Positions 32,401 through 51,199 of a stretch of DNA of 64,000 nt are shown here, piece after piece (positions within the stretch are counted from its first letter, which is position 1; each line of letters starts with the position of its first letter). The position numbers and the translations under genes are program-made. The notes under the pieces are model-generated. The model saw nothing but the letters and a program-made list of their open reading frames with translations, had not been told where the DNA came from and ran no database searches. Origin of the DNA: Eledone cirrhosa (taxonomy: Eukaryota); contig OZ024743.1 of the NCBI GenBank assembly GCA_964016885.1, positions 315,642,001 through 315,706,000 of the forward strand. The letters run 5' to 3'.

Positions 32401-35400
32401 CAACACCACCATCATACAACGCCGCCATCACACAACACCACCATCACACAACACCACCATCACACAACACCACCATCACACAACACCACCATCACACAAC
32501 ACCACCATCACACAACCCCACCATCACACAAAACCACCATCACACAACAGCAGCATCACACAACGCCACCATCACTCAACACCTCCATCGCACAACAACA
32601 CCATCACACAACACCACAATCACACAACGCCACCATCACTCAACACCACCATCACACAGCACCACAATCACACAACTCCACCATCACACAACTCCACCAT
32701 CACATAACAGCACCATCACACAAAACCACCATCACACAACACTACCATCACACAATGCCACCATCACACAACACTACCATCACACAAAACCACCATCACT
32801 CAACACCACCATCACACAACGCCACCATCACACAACACCACCATCACTCAACACCACCAACACACAATACCGCCATCATACAACACCACCATCACACACC
32901 ACTATCACACAACACTACCATCACACAACACAACCATCGCACAACACCACCATCACACAACACCACCATCACACAACACCACCATCACACAACACCACCA
33001 TCGCACAACACCACCATCACACAACACCACCATCACACAACACCACCATCATACAACACCACCATCACACCACACCGCCATTATACAACACCACCATCAC
33101 ACAACACCACCATCACACAACACCACCATCACACAACACCACCATCACTCAACACCACCATCACATAACACCACCATCGCACAACACCACCATCACACAA
33201 CACCACCATCACACAACACCACCATCACACAACAACACCATCACACAACACCACCATCACACAACACCACCATTATACAACACCACCATCACATAACACT
33301 ACCATCATACAACACCACCATCACACAACACCACCATCACTCAACACCACCAGCACACAACACCACCATCGCACAACACCACCATCACACAACACCACCA
33401 TCACACAACACCACCATCATACAACACCACATCACACAACACCAGCATCACACAACACCACCATCACACAACGCCACCATCATACAACACCACCATCACA
33501 CAACGCCACCATCACACAACACCTCCACTACAAAACACAACGATCACACAACGCCACCATCACACAACGCAACCATCACACAAAACCACCATCAAACAAT
33601 ATCACCATCACTCAACGCCACCATCACACAACACCACCATCACACAACACCGCCATCACAAAACACCACCATCACTCAACACCACCATCGCACAACACCA
33701 CCATCACACAACACGACTATTACTCAGCACCACCATCACTCAAAACCACCATCACACAACACCACTATCACACGACACCACCATCAAACAATATCACCAT
33801 CACACAACACCACCATCACACAACACTACCATCGCACAACACCACCATCACCCAACGCCACCATCACACAACACCACCATCACACAACACCACCATCACA
33901 CAACACTAATATCACACAATACCACCATCACACAACGCCACCATCACTCAACACCACCATCACACAACACCACAATCACACAACGCCACCATCACACAAC
34001 ACCACCATCACACAACACCACCATCACAAAACACCACCATCACTCAACACCACCATCACACAACACCACCATCATACAAAACAACCATCACACAAAACCA
34101 CCATCACACAACACTACCATCATACAACACCACCATCACACGACACCACCAACACACAACGCCACCATCATACAGCACCACCATCACACAACGCCACCAT
34201 CACACAACACCACCATCACACAACGCCACCATCACACAACACCACCATCACACAACACCACCATCACACAACACCACCATCATACAACACCACCATCACA
34301 CAACACCACCATCACACAATTCCACCATCATACAACACCACCATCACACAACACCACCATCACACAACGCCACCATCATACAAAACCACCATCACACAAC
34401 GCCACCATCACACAACACCAGCATCACACAACACCACCATCACAATACACCACCGTCACTCAACACCACCATCACACAACACCACCATCACACAACACAA
34501 CCATCACACAACACCCCCATACACAACACCACCATCACAGAACACCACCATCACACAACACCACCATCATACAACACCACCATCACACAACACCACCATC
34601 ACACAACACCACCACCACAAAACACCACCGTCACTCAACACCACCATCACACAACACCACGATCACACAACACAACCATCACACAACACCACCATCGCAC
34701 AACACACCATCACACAATTCCACCATCACACAACACCACCATCAAACAACACCACCATCATACAACGCGACCATCACACAACACCACCATCACACGACTC
34801 CACCATCACACAACACCACCATCACACAACACCACCATCACACGACACCACCATCACACAACACCACAATCACACAACGCCACCATCACTCAACACCACC
34901 ATCACACAGCAACACAATCACACAACTCCACCTTCAGACAACGCTACCATCACATAACAGGACCATCACACAACACCGCCATCATACAACACCACCATCA
35001 CACACCACTATCATACAACACTGCCATCACACAACACCACCATCACACAACACCACCATCACACAACACCACCATCACACAACGCCACCATCACACAACA
35101 ACACTATCACACAAAACCATCATCGCACAACACCACCATCACACAACACAACCATCGCACAACACCACCATCACACAACACCACCATCACACAACACCAC
35201 CATCGCACAACACCACCATCACACAACACCACCATCACACAACACCACCATCATACAACACCATCATCACACAACACCACCATTATACAACACCACCATC
35301 ACACAAGACCACCATCACACAACACCACCATCACACAACACCACCATCACACAACACCACCATCACACAACACCACCATCATACAACACCACCATCACAC

Positions 35401-35700
35401 AACACCACCATTATACAACACCACCATCACACAACACCAACATCACACAACACCACCATCACACAACACCACCATCACTCAACACCACCATCACACAACA
35501 GCACCATCGCACAACACCACCATCACACAACACCACCATCACACAACACCACCATCATACAACACCACCATCACACAACACCACCATCACAAAACACCGC
35601 CATCACACAACGCCACCATCACACAACACCACCATCACACAACACCACCATCACTCAACACCACCATCACACAACACTATCATCACAGACGACACCATCA
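26500..35700. repeat. 3466-bp higher-order repeat, about 2.5 tandem copies
   Basis: ACAGGACC at 28031, 31497 and 34957 (offsets 3466, 3460). ACTAGGCC TAG at 28843 and 32309. ORFs 29289 and 32755 (offset 3466) differ by one residue. Confidence 0.9.
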
Positions 35701-38700
35701 CACAACACCACCATCAATCAACACCACCAACACACAACACCGCCATCATACAACACCACCATCACACACCACTATGACACAACTAGGCCATCACACAACA
35801 CCACCATCATACAACACCACCATCACACAACACCACCATCACACCATTCCACCATCACACAACACCACCATCAAACAACACGACCATCATACAACGCGAC
35901 CATCACACAACACCACCATCACACGACACCACCATCATACAACGCCACCATCACACAACACCACCATCACACGACACCACCATCACACAACACCCCCATC
36001 ATACAACCCCACCATCACACAACACCACCATCACACAACAACACCATCACACAACACCAGCATCACACAACACCACCGTCAAACAACACCACCATCATAC
36101 AACGCCGCCATCACACAACACCACCATCACACAACACCACCATCACACAACACCACCATCACACAACACCACCATCACACAACACCACCATCACACAACC
36201 CCACCATCACACAAAACCACCATCACACAACAGCAGCATCACACAACGCCACCATCACTCAACACCTCCATCGCACAACAACACCATCACACAACACCAC
36301 AATCACACAACGCCACCATCACTCAACACCACCATCACACAGCACCACAATCACACAACTCCACCATCACACAACTCCACCATCACATAACAGCACCATC
36401 ACACAAAACCACCATCACAAAATGCCACCATCACACAACACTACCATCACACAATGCCACCATCACACAACACTACCATCACACAAAACCACCATCACTC
36501 AACACCACCATCACACAACACCACCATCACACAACACCACCATCACTCAACACCACCAACACACAATACCGCCATCATACAACACCACCATCACACACCA
36601 CTATCACACAACACTGCCATCACACAACACAACCGTCGCACAACACCACCATCACACAACACCACCATCACACAACACCACCATCACACAACACCACCAT
36701 CGCACAACACCACCATCACACAACACCACCATCACACAACACCACCATCATACAACACCACCATCACACCACACCGCCATTATACAACACCACCATCACA
36801 CAACACCACCATCACACAACACCACCATCACACAACACCACCATCACACAACACCACCATCGCACAACACCACCATCACACAACACCACCATCACACAAC
36901 ACCACCATCACACAACAACACCATCACACAACACCACCATCACACAACACCACCATTATACAACACCACCATCACATAACACTACCATCATACAACACCA
37001 CCATCACACAACACCACCATCACTCAACACCACCAGCACACAACACCACCATCGCACAACACCACCATCACACAACACCACCATCACACAACACCACCAT
37101 CATACAACACCACATCACACAACACCAGCATCACACAACACCACCATCACACAACGCCACCATCATACAACACCACCATCACACAACGCCACCATCACAC
37201 AAAACCACCATCAAACAATATCACCATCACTCAACGCCACCATCACACAACACCACCATCACACAACACCGCCATCACAAAACACCACCATCACTCAACA
37301 CCACCATCGCACAACACCACCATCACACAACACGACTATTACTCAACACCACCATCACTCAAAACCACCATCACACAACACCACTATCACACGACACCAC
37401 CATCAAACAATATCACCATCACACAACACCACCATCACACAACACTACCATCGCACAACACCACCATCACGCAACGCCACCATCACACAACACCACCATC
37501 ACACAACACCACTATCACACAACACTAATATCACACAATACCACCATCACACAACGCCACCATCACTCAACACCACCATCACACAACACCACAATCACAC
37601 AACGCCACCATCACACAACACCACCATCACACAACACCACCATCACAAAACACCACCATCACTCAACACCACCATCACACAACACCACCATCATACAAAA
37701 CAACCATCACACAAAACCACCATCACACAACACTACCATCATACAACACCACCATCACACAACACCACCAACACACAACGCCACCATCATACAGCACCAC
37801 CATCACACAACGCCACCATCACACAACACCACCATCACACAACGCCACCATCACACAACACCACCATCCCACAACACCACCATCACACAACACCACCATC
37901 ATACAACACCACCATCACACAACACCACCATCACACAATTCCACCATCATACAACACCACCATCACACAACACCACCATCACACAACGCCACCATCATAC
38001 AAAACCACCATCACACAACGCCACCATCACACAACACCAGCATCACACAACACCACCATCACAATACACCACCGTCACTCAACACCACCATCACACAACA
38101 CCACCATCACACAACACAACCATCACACAACACCCCCATACACAACACCACCATCACAGAACACCACCATCACACAACACCACCATCATACAACACCACC
38201 ATCACACAACACCACCATCACACAACACCACCACCACAAAACACCACCGTCACTCAACACCACCATCACACAACACCACGATCACACAACACAACCATCA
38301 CACAACACCACCATCGCACAACACACCATCACACAATTCCACCATCACACAACACCACCATCAAACAACACCACCATCATACAACGCGACCATCACACAA
38401 CACCACCATCACACGACTCCACCATCACACAACACCACCATCACACAACACCACCATCACACGACACCACCATCACACAACACCACAATCACACAACGCC
38501 ACCATCACTCAACACCACCATCACACAGCAACACAATCACACAACTCCACCTTCAGACAACGCTACCATCACATAACAGGACCATCACACAACACCGCCA
38601 TCATACAACACCACCATCACACACCACTATCATACAACACTGCCATCACACAACACCACCATTACACAACACCACCATCACACAACGCCACCATCACACA

Positions 38701-41700
38701 ACACCACCATCACACAAAACCACCATCGCACAACACCACCATCACACAACACAACCATCGCACAACACCACCATCACACAACACCACCATCACACAACAC
38801 CATCATCGCACAACACCACCATCACACAACACCACCATCACACAACACCACCATCATACAACACCATCATCACACAACACCACCATTATACAACACCACC
38901 ATCACACAACACCACCATCACACAACACCACCATCACACAACACCACCATCACACAACACCACCATCACACAACACCACCATCATACAACACCACCATCA
39001 CACAACACCACCATTATACAACACCACCATCACACAACACCAACATCACACAACACCACCATCACACAACACCACCATCACTCAACACCACCATCACACA
39101 ACAGCACCATCGCACAACACCACCATCACACAACACCACCATCACACAACACCACCATCATACAACACCACCATCACACAACACCACCATCACAAAACAC
39201 CGCCATCACACAACGCCACCATCACACAACACCACCATCACACAACACCACCATCACTCAACACCACCATCACACAACACTATCATCACACGACGACACC
39301 ATCACACAACACCACCATCACTCAACACCACCAACACACAACACCGCCATCATACAACACCACCATCACACACCACTATCACACAACTAGGCCATCACAC
39401 AACACCACCATCATACTACACCACCATCACACAACACCACCATCACACCATTCCACCATCACACAACACCACCATCAAACAACACCACCATCATACAACG
39501 CGACCATCACACAACACCACCATCACACGACACCACCATCACACAACACCACCATCACACAACACCACCATCACACGACACCACCATCACACAACACCCC
39601 CATCATACAACCCCACCATCACACAACACCACCATCACACAACACCGGCATCACACAACACCACCGTCACACAACACCACCATCATACAACGCCACCATC
39701 ACACAACACCACCATCACACAACACCACCATCACACAGCACCACCATCACACAACACCACCATCACACAACACCACCATCACACAACCCCACCATCACAC
39801 AAAACCACCATCACACAACAGCAGCATCACACAACGCCACCATCACTCAACACCTCCATCGCACAACAACACCATCACACAACACCACAATCACACAACG
39901 CCACCATCACTCAACACCACCATCACACAGCACCACAATCACACAACTCCACCATCACACAACTCCACCATCACATAACAGCACCATCACACAAAACCAC
40001 CATCACACAATGCCACCATCACACAACACTACTATCACACAATGCCACCATCACACAACGCTACCATCACACAAAACCACCATCACTCAACACCACCATC
40101 ACACAACGCCACCATCACACAACACCACCATCACTCAACACCACCAACACACAATACCGCCATCATACAACACCACCATCACACACCACTATCACACAAC
40201 ACTGCCATCACACAACACAACCATCGCACAACACCACCATCACACAACACCAACATCACACAACACCACCATCACACAACACCACCATCGCACAACACCA
40301 CCATCACACAACACCACCATCACACAACACCACCATCATACAACACCACCATCACACCACACCGCCATTATACAACACCACCATCACACAACACCACCAT
40401 CACACAACACCACCATCACACAACACCACCATCACTCAACACCACCATCACACAACACCACCATCGCACAACACCACCATCATACAACACCACCATCACA
40501 CAACACCACCATCACAAAACACCGCCATCACACAACGCCACCATCACACAACACCACCATCACACAACACCACCATCACTCAACACCACCATCACACAAC
40601 ACTATCATCACAGACGACACCATCACACAACACCACCATCAATCAACACCACCAACACACAACACCGCCATCATACAACACCACCATCACACACCACTAT
40701 GACACAACTAGGCCATCACACAACACCACCATCATACAACACCACCATCACACAACACCACCATCACACCATTCCACCATCACACAACACCACCATCAAA
40801 CAACACGACCATCATACAACGCGACCATCACACAACACCACCATCACACGACACCACCATCATACAACGCCACCATCACACAACACCACCATCACACGAC
40901 ACCACCATCACACAACACCCCCATCATACAACCCCACCATCACACAACACCACCATCACACAACACCACCATCACACAACACCAGCATCACACAACACCA
41001 CCGTCAAACAACACCACCATCATACAACGCCGCCATCACACAACACCACCATCACACAACACCACCATCACACAACACCACCATCACACAACACCACCAT
41101 CACACAACACCACCATCACACAACCCCACCATCACACAAAACCACCATCACACAACAGCAGCATCACACAACGCCACCATCACTCAACACCTCCATCGCA
41201 CAACAACACCATCACACAACACCACAATCACACAACGCCACCATCACTCAACACCACCATCACACAGCACCACAATCACACAACTCCACCATCACACAAC
41301 TCCACCATCACATAACAGCACCATCACACAAAACCACCATCACAAAATGCCACCATCACACAACACTACCATCACACAATGCCACCATCACACAACACTA
41401 CCATCACACAAAACCACCATCACTCAACACCACCATCACACAACACCACCATCACACAACACCACCATCACTCAACACCACCAACACACAATACCGCCAT
41501 CATACAACACCACCATCACACACCACTATCACACAACACTGCCATCACACAACACAACCGTCGCACAACACCACCATCACACAACACCACCATCACACAA
41601 CACCACCATCACACAACACCACCATCGCACAACACCACCATCACACAACACCACCATCACACAACACCACCATCATACAACACCACCATCACACCACACC

Positions 41701-44700
41701 GCCATTATACAACACCACCATCACACAACACCACCATCACACAACACCACCATCACACAACACCACCATCACACAACACCACCATCGCACAACACCACCA
41801 TCACACAACACCACCATCACACAACACCACCATCACACAACAACACCATCACACAACACCACCATCACACAACACCACCATTATACAACACCACCATCAC
41901 ATAACACTACCATCATACAACACCACCATCACACAACACCACCATCACTCAACACCACCAGCACACAACACCACCATCGCACAACACCACCATCACACAA
42001 CACCACCATCACACAACACCACCATCATACAACACCACATCACACAACACCAGCATCACACAACACCACCATCACACAACGCCACCATCATACAACACCA
42101 CCATCACACAACGCCACCATCACACAAAACCACCATCAAACAATATCACCATCACTCAACGCCACCATCACACAACACCACCATCACACAACACCGCCAT
42201 CACAAAACACCACCATCACTCAACACCACCATCGCACAACACCACCATCACACAACACGACTATTACTCAACACCACCATCACTCAAAACCACCATCACA
42301 CAACACCACTATCACACGACACCACCATCAAACAATATCACCATCACACAACACCACCATCACACAACACTACCATCGCACAACACCACCATCACGCAAC
42401 GCCACCATCACACAACACCACCATCACACAACACCACTATCACACAACACTAATATCACACAATACCACCATCACACAACGCCACCATCACTCAACACCA
42501 CCATCACACAACACCACAATCACACAACGCCACCATCACACAACACCACCATCACACAACACCACCATCACAAAACACCACCATCACTCAACACCACCAT
42601 CACACAACACCACCATCATACAAAACAACCATCACACAAAACCACCATCACACAACACTACCATCATACAACACCACCATCACACAACACCACCAACACA
42701 CAACGCCACCATCATACAGCACCACCATCACACAACGCCACCATCACACAACACCACCATCACACAACGCCACCATCACACAACACCACCATCCCACAAC
42801 ACCACCATCACACAACACCACCATCATACAACACCACCATCACACAGCACCACCATCACACAATTCCACCATCATACAACACCACCATCACACAACACCA
42901 CCATCACACAACGCCACCATCATACAAAACCACCATCACACAACGCCACCATCACACAACACCAGCATCACACAACACCACCATCACAATACACCACCGT
43001 CACTCAACACCACCATCACACAACACCACCATCACACAACACAACCATCACACAACACCCCCATACACAACACCACCATCACAGAACACCACCATCACAC
43101 AACACCACCATCATACAACACCACCATCACACAACACCACCATCACACAACACCACCACCACAAAACACCACCGTCACTCAACACCACCATCACACAACA
43201 CCACGATCACACAACACAACCATCACACAACACCACCATCGCACAACACACCATCACACAATTCCACCATCACACAACACCACCATCAAACAACACCACC
43301 ATCATACAACGCGACCATCACACAACACCACCATCACACGACTCCACCATCACACAACACCACCATCACACAACACCACCATCACACGACACCACCATCA
43401 CACAACACCACAATCACACAACGCCACCATCACTCAACACCACCATCACACAGCAACACAATCACACAACTCCACCTTCAGACAACGCTACCATCACATA
43501 ACAGGACCATCACACAACACCGCCATCATACAACACCACCATCACACACCACTATCATACAACACTGCCATCACACAACACCACCATTACACAACACCAC
43601 CATCACACAACGCCACCATCACACAACACCACCATCACACAAAACCACCATCGCACAACACCACCATCACACAACACAACCATCGCACAACACCACCATC
43701 ACACAACACCACCATCACACAACACCATCATCGCACAACACCACCATCACACAACACCACCATCACACAACACCACCATCATACAACACCATCATCACAC
43801 AACACCACCATTATACAACACCACCATCACACAACACCACCATCACACAACACCACCATCACACAACACCACCATCACACAACACCACCATCACACAACA
43901 CCACCATCATACAACACCACCATCACACAACACCACCATTATACAACACCACCATCACACAACACCAACATCACACAACACCACCATCACACAACACCAC
44001 CATCACTCAACACCACCATCACACAACAGCACCATCGCACAACACCACCATCACACAACACCACCATCACACAACACCACCATCATACAACACCACCATC
44101 ACACAACACCACCATCACAAAACACCGCCATCACACAACGCCACCATCACACAACACCACCATCACACAACACCACCATCACTCAACACCACCATCACAC
44201 AACACTATCATCACACGACGACACCATCACACAACACCACCATCACTCAACACCACCAACACACAACACCGCCATCATACAACACCACCATCACACACCA
44301 CTATCACACAACTAGGCCATCACACAACACCACCATCATACTACACCACCATCACACAACACCACCATCACACCATTCCACCATCACACAACACCACCAT
44401 CAAACAACACCACCATCATACAACGCGACCATCACACAACACCACCATCACACGACACCACCATCACACAACACCACCATCACACAACACCACCATCACA
44501 CGACACCACCATCACACAACACCCCCATCATACAACCCCACCATCACACAACACCACCATCACACAACACCGGCATCACACAACACCACCGTCACACAAC
44601 ACCACCATCATACAACGCCACCATCACACAACACCACCATCACACAACACCACCATCACACAGCACCACCATCACACAACACCACCATCACACAACACCA

Positions 44701-45405
44701 CCATCACACAACCCCACCATCACACAAAACCACCATCACACAACAGCAGCATCACACAACGCCACCATCACTCAACACCTCCATCGCACAACAACACCAT
44801 CACACAACACCACAATCACACAACGCCACCATCACTCAACACCACCATCACACAGCACCACAATCACACAACTCCACCATCACACAACTCCACCATCACA
44901 TAACAGCACCATCACACAAAACCACCATCACACAATGCCACCATCACACAACACTACTATCACACAATGCCACCATCACACAACGCTACCATCACACAAA
45001 ACCACCATCACTCAACACCACCATCACACAACGCCACCATCACACAACACCACCATCACTCAACACCACCAACACACAATACCGCCATCATACAACACCA
45101 CCATCACACACCACTATCACACAACACTGCCATCACACAACACAACCATCGCACAACACCACCATCACACAACACCAACATCACACAACACCACCATCAC
45201 ACAACACCACCATCGCACAACACCACCATCACACAACACCACCATCACACAACACCACCATCATACAACACCACCATCACACCACACCGCCATTATACAA
45301 CACCACCATCACACAACACCACCATCACACAACACCACCATCACACAACACCACCATCACTCAACACCACCATCACACAACACCACCATCGCACAACACC
45401 ACCAT
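35530..45405. repeat. 4925-bp near-identical tandem duplication
   Basis: ORFs 36454..39390 and 41379..44315 (both 978 aa) differ at one visible residue (N/S, ~37922 vs ~42847). Markers CAGACGAC 35686/40611, ACAGGACC 38576/43501 and TAGGCC 35784/40709 and 39388/44313 are all offset 4925. Confidence 0.93.
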
Positions 45406-48400
45406 CACACAACACCACCATCACACAACACCACCATCACACAACACCACCATTATACAACACCACCATCACATAACACTACCATCATACAACACCACCA
45501 TCACACAACACCACCATCACTCAACACCACCAGCACACAACACCACCATCGCACAACACCACCATCACACAACACCACCATCACACAACACCACCATCAT
45601 ACAACACCACATCACACAACACCAGCATCACACAACACCACCATCACACAACGCCACCATCATACAACACCACCATCACACAACGCCACCATCACACAAC
45701 ACCTCCACTACAAAACACAACGATCACACAACGCCACCATCACACAACGCAACCATCACACAACACCACCATCAAACAATATCACCATCACTCAACGCCA
45801 CCATCACACAACACCACCATCACACAACACCGCCATCACAAAACACCACCATCACTCAACACCACCATCGCACAACACCACCATCACACAACACGACTAT
45901 TACTCAACACCACCATCACTCAAAACCACCATCACACAACACCACTATCACACGACACCACCATCAAACAATATCACCATCACACAACACCACCATCACA
46001 CAACACTACCATCGCACAACACCACCATCACCCAACGCCACCATCACACAACACCACCATCACACAACACCACCATCACACAACACTAATATCACACAAT
46101 ACCACCATCACACAACGCCACCATCACTCAACACCACCATCACACAACACCACAATCACACAACGCCACCATCACACAACACCACCATCACACAACACCA
46201 CCATCACAAAACACCACCATCACTCAACACCACCATCACACAACACCACCATCATACAAAACAACCATCACACAAAACCACCATCACACAACACTACCAT
46301 CATACAACACCACCATCACACAACACCACCAACACACAACGCCACCATCATACAGCACCACCATCACACAACGCCACCATCACACAACACCACCATCACA
46401 CAACGCCACCATCACACAACACCACCATCACACAACACCACCATCACACAACACCACCATCATACAACACCACCATCACACAACACCACCATCACACAAT
46501 TCCACCATCATACAACACCACCATCACACAACACCACCATCACACAACGCCACCATCATACAAAACCACCATCACACAACCCCACCATCACGCAACACCA
46601 GCATCACACAACACCACAATCGCACAACACCACCATCACACAACACCACCATCACACAAAACCACCATCACACAACACCACCATCGCACAACACCACCAT
46701 CACACAACACCACCATCACACAACACTACCATCATACAACACCACCATCACACATACCACCGTTATACAACACCACCATCACACAACACCACCATCACGC
46801 AACACCACCATCACACAACACCACCATCACTCAACACCACCATCACACAACACCACCATCGCACAATACCACCATCACACAACACCACCATCACACAACA
46901 CCACCATCACTCAACACCACCATCACACAACACGACCATCACACAACACTATCATCACACAACGACACCATCACACAACACCACCATCTTTCAACACCAC
47001 CAACACACAACACCGCCATCATACAACACCACCATCACACACCACTGTCACACAACACTGCCATTACACAACACCACCATCACACAACACAACCATCACA
47101 CAACACCACCATCATACAACACCACCATCACACAACACCACCATTATACAACACCACCATCACACAACACCACCATCACACAACACCACCATCACACAAC
47201 ACCACCATCACTCAACACCACCATCACACAACACCACCATCGCACAACACCACCATCACACAACACCACCATCACACAACACCACCATCATACAACACCA
47301 CCATCACACAACACCACCATCACACAACAACACCATCACACAACGCCACCATCACACAACACCACCATCACTCAACACCACCATCACACAACACCTCCAT
47401 CACACAACACCACCATCATACAACACCACCATCACACAACACCACCATCACACAACACCACCATCACACAACGCCACCATCACACAACACCACCATCACA
47501 CAACACCACCATCACTCAACACCACCATCACACAACACTATCATCACACAACGACACCATCACACAACACCACCATCACTCAACACCACCAACACACAAC
47601 ACTGCCATCAGACAACACCACCATCACACACCACTATCACACAACTAGGCCATCACACAACAACACCATCATACAACACCACCATCACACAACACCACCA
47701 TCACACAATGCCACCATCACACAACACCACCATCAAACAACACCACCATCATACAACGCGACCATCACACAACACCACCATCACACGACACCACCATCAC
47801 ACAAAACCACCATCACACAACACCACCATCACACGACACCACCATCACACAACACCACAATCACACAACGCCACCATCACTCAACACCACCATCACACAG
47901 CACCACAATCACACAATTCCACCATCAGACAACGCCACCATCACGTAACAGCACCATCACACAACACCGCCATCATACAACACCACCATCACTCACCACT
48001 ATCACACAACACTGCAATCACACAACACCACCATCACACAACACCACCATCACACAACGCCACCATCACACAATACCACCATCACACAAAACCACCATCG
48101 CACAACACCACCATCACACAACACAACCATCGCACAACACCACCATCACACAACACCACCATCACACAACACCACCATCATACAACACCACCATCACACA
48201 ACACCACCATTATACAACACCACCATCACACAACAACACCATCACACAACACCACCATCATACAACACCACCATCACACAACACCACCATCACACAACAC
48301 CACCATCATACAACACCACCATCACACAACACCACCATTATACAACACCACCATCACACAACACCACCATCACACAACACCACCATCACACAACACCACC

Positions 48401-51199
48401 ATCACTCAACACCACCATCACACAACACCACCATCGCACAACACCACCTTCACACAACACCTCCATCGCACAACACCACCATCATACAACACCACCATCA
48501 CAGAACACCACCATCACACAACACCACCATCACACAACGACACCATCACACAACACCACCATCACACAACACCACCATCACTCAACACCACCATCACACA
48601 ACACTATCATCACACAACGACACCATCACACAACACCACCATCACTCAACACCACCAACACACAACACTGCCATCATACAACACCACCATCACACAGCAC
48701 TATCACACAACTAGGCCATCACACAACAACACCATCATACAACACCACCATCACACAACACCACCATCACACAATTCCACCATCACACAACACTACCATC
48801 AAACAACACCACCATCATACAACGTGACCATCACACAACACCACCATCACACGACACCACCATCACACAACACCACCATCACACAACACCACCATCACAC
48901 GACACCACCATCACACAACACCACAATCACAAAACGCCACCATCACTCAACACCACCATCACACAGCACCACAATCACACAATTCCACCATCAGGCAACG
49001 CCACCATCACATAACAGCACCATCACACAACACCGCCATCATACAACACCACCATCACACACCACTATCACACAACACTGCAATCACACAACACCACCAT
49101 CACACAACACCACCATCACACAACGCCACCATCATACAACGCGACCATCACACAACACCATCATCACACAACACCACCATCACACAAAACCACCATCGCA
49201 CAACACCACCATCACACAACACAAACATCGCACAACACCACCATCACACAACACCACCATCACACAACACCACCATCACACAACACCACCATCGCACAAT
49301 ACCACCATCACACAACACCACCATCACACAACACCACCATCACACAACACCACCATTATACAACACCACCACTACACAACACCACCATCACACAACACCA
49401 CCATCACACAACACCACCATCACTCAACACCACCATCACACAACACCACCATCGCACAACACCACCATCACACAACACCTCCATCACACAACACCACCAT
49501 CATACAACACCACCATCACACAACACCACCATCACACAACATCACCATCACACAACACCACCATCACACAACACCACCATCACACAACACCACCATCACT
49601 CAACACCACCATCACACAACACTATCATCACACAACGACACCATCACACAACACCACCATCACTCAACACCACCAACACACAACACCGCCATCATACAAC
49701 ACCACCATCACACACCACTATCACACAACTAGGCCATCACACAACACCACCATCATACAACACCACCATCACACAACACCACCATCACACAATTCCACCA
49801 TCACACAACACCACCATCAAACAACACCACCATCATACAACGCGACCATCACACAACACCACCATCACACGACACCACCATCACACAACACCACCATCAC
49901 ACAACACCACCATCACACGACACCACCATCACACAACACCACCATCATACAACACCACCATCACACAACACCACCATCACACAACACCACCATCACACAA
50001 CACCGGCATCAAACAACACCATCGTCACAGAACACCACCATCATACAACGCCGCCATCACACAACACCACCATCACACAACACCACCATCACATAACACC
50101 ACCATCACACAACACCACCATCACACAACACCACCATCACTCAACACCACCATCACACAACAACACCAGCGCACAACACCACCATCACACAACACCACCA
50201 TCACACAACACCACCATCATACAACACCACCATCACATAACACCACCATCACACAACACCACCATCACACAACGCCACCATCACACAACACCACCATCAC
50301 ACAACACCACCATCACTCAACATCACCATCACACAACACCACCATCACACAACACCACCATCACACAACAGCACCATTACACACCACTATCACACAACAC
50401 TGCCATCACACAACACCACCATCACACAACACCACCATCACACAACACCACCATCACACAACACCACCATCACACAACGCCACCATCACTCAACACCACC
50501 ATCACTCAACACGACCATCACACAACTCCACCATCACACAACACCACCATCACACAACGACACCATCACACAACACCACCATCACACAACGACACCATTA
50601 CACAACACAACCATCACTCAACACCAGCAACACACAACACCGCCATCACAAGACACCACCATCACACAACGCCACCACCACACAACACCACCATCACACA
50701 ACAACAACATCATACAACGCCACCATCACACAACGACACCATCACACGACACCACCATAACACAACACCACCATCATACAACACCACCATCACACGACAC
50801 CACCATCACACAACCAACACCACCATCATACAACACCACCATCACACAACTCCACCATCACACAACACCACCATCACACAACGCCACCATCACATAAACG
50901 CACCATCACACTACATCACCATCACGCAACACCACCATCACACAACACCACCATCACTCAACACCACCATCACACAACACTATCATCACACAACGACGCC
51001 ATCACACAACACCACCATCACTCAACACCACCAACACACAACACCACCATCACACAACACCACCATCGCACAACACCACCATCACACAACACAACCATCG
51101 CACAACACCACCATCACACAACACCACCATCACACAACACCACCATCACACAACAACACCATCGCACAACACCACCATCACACAACACCACCATCACAC

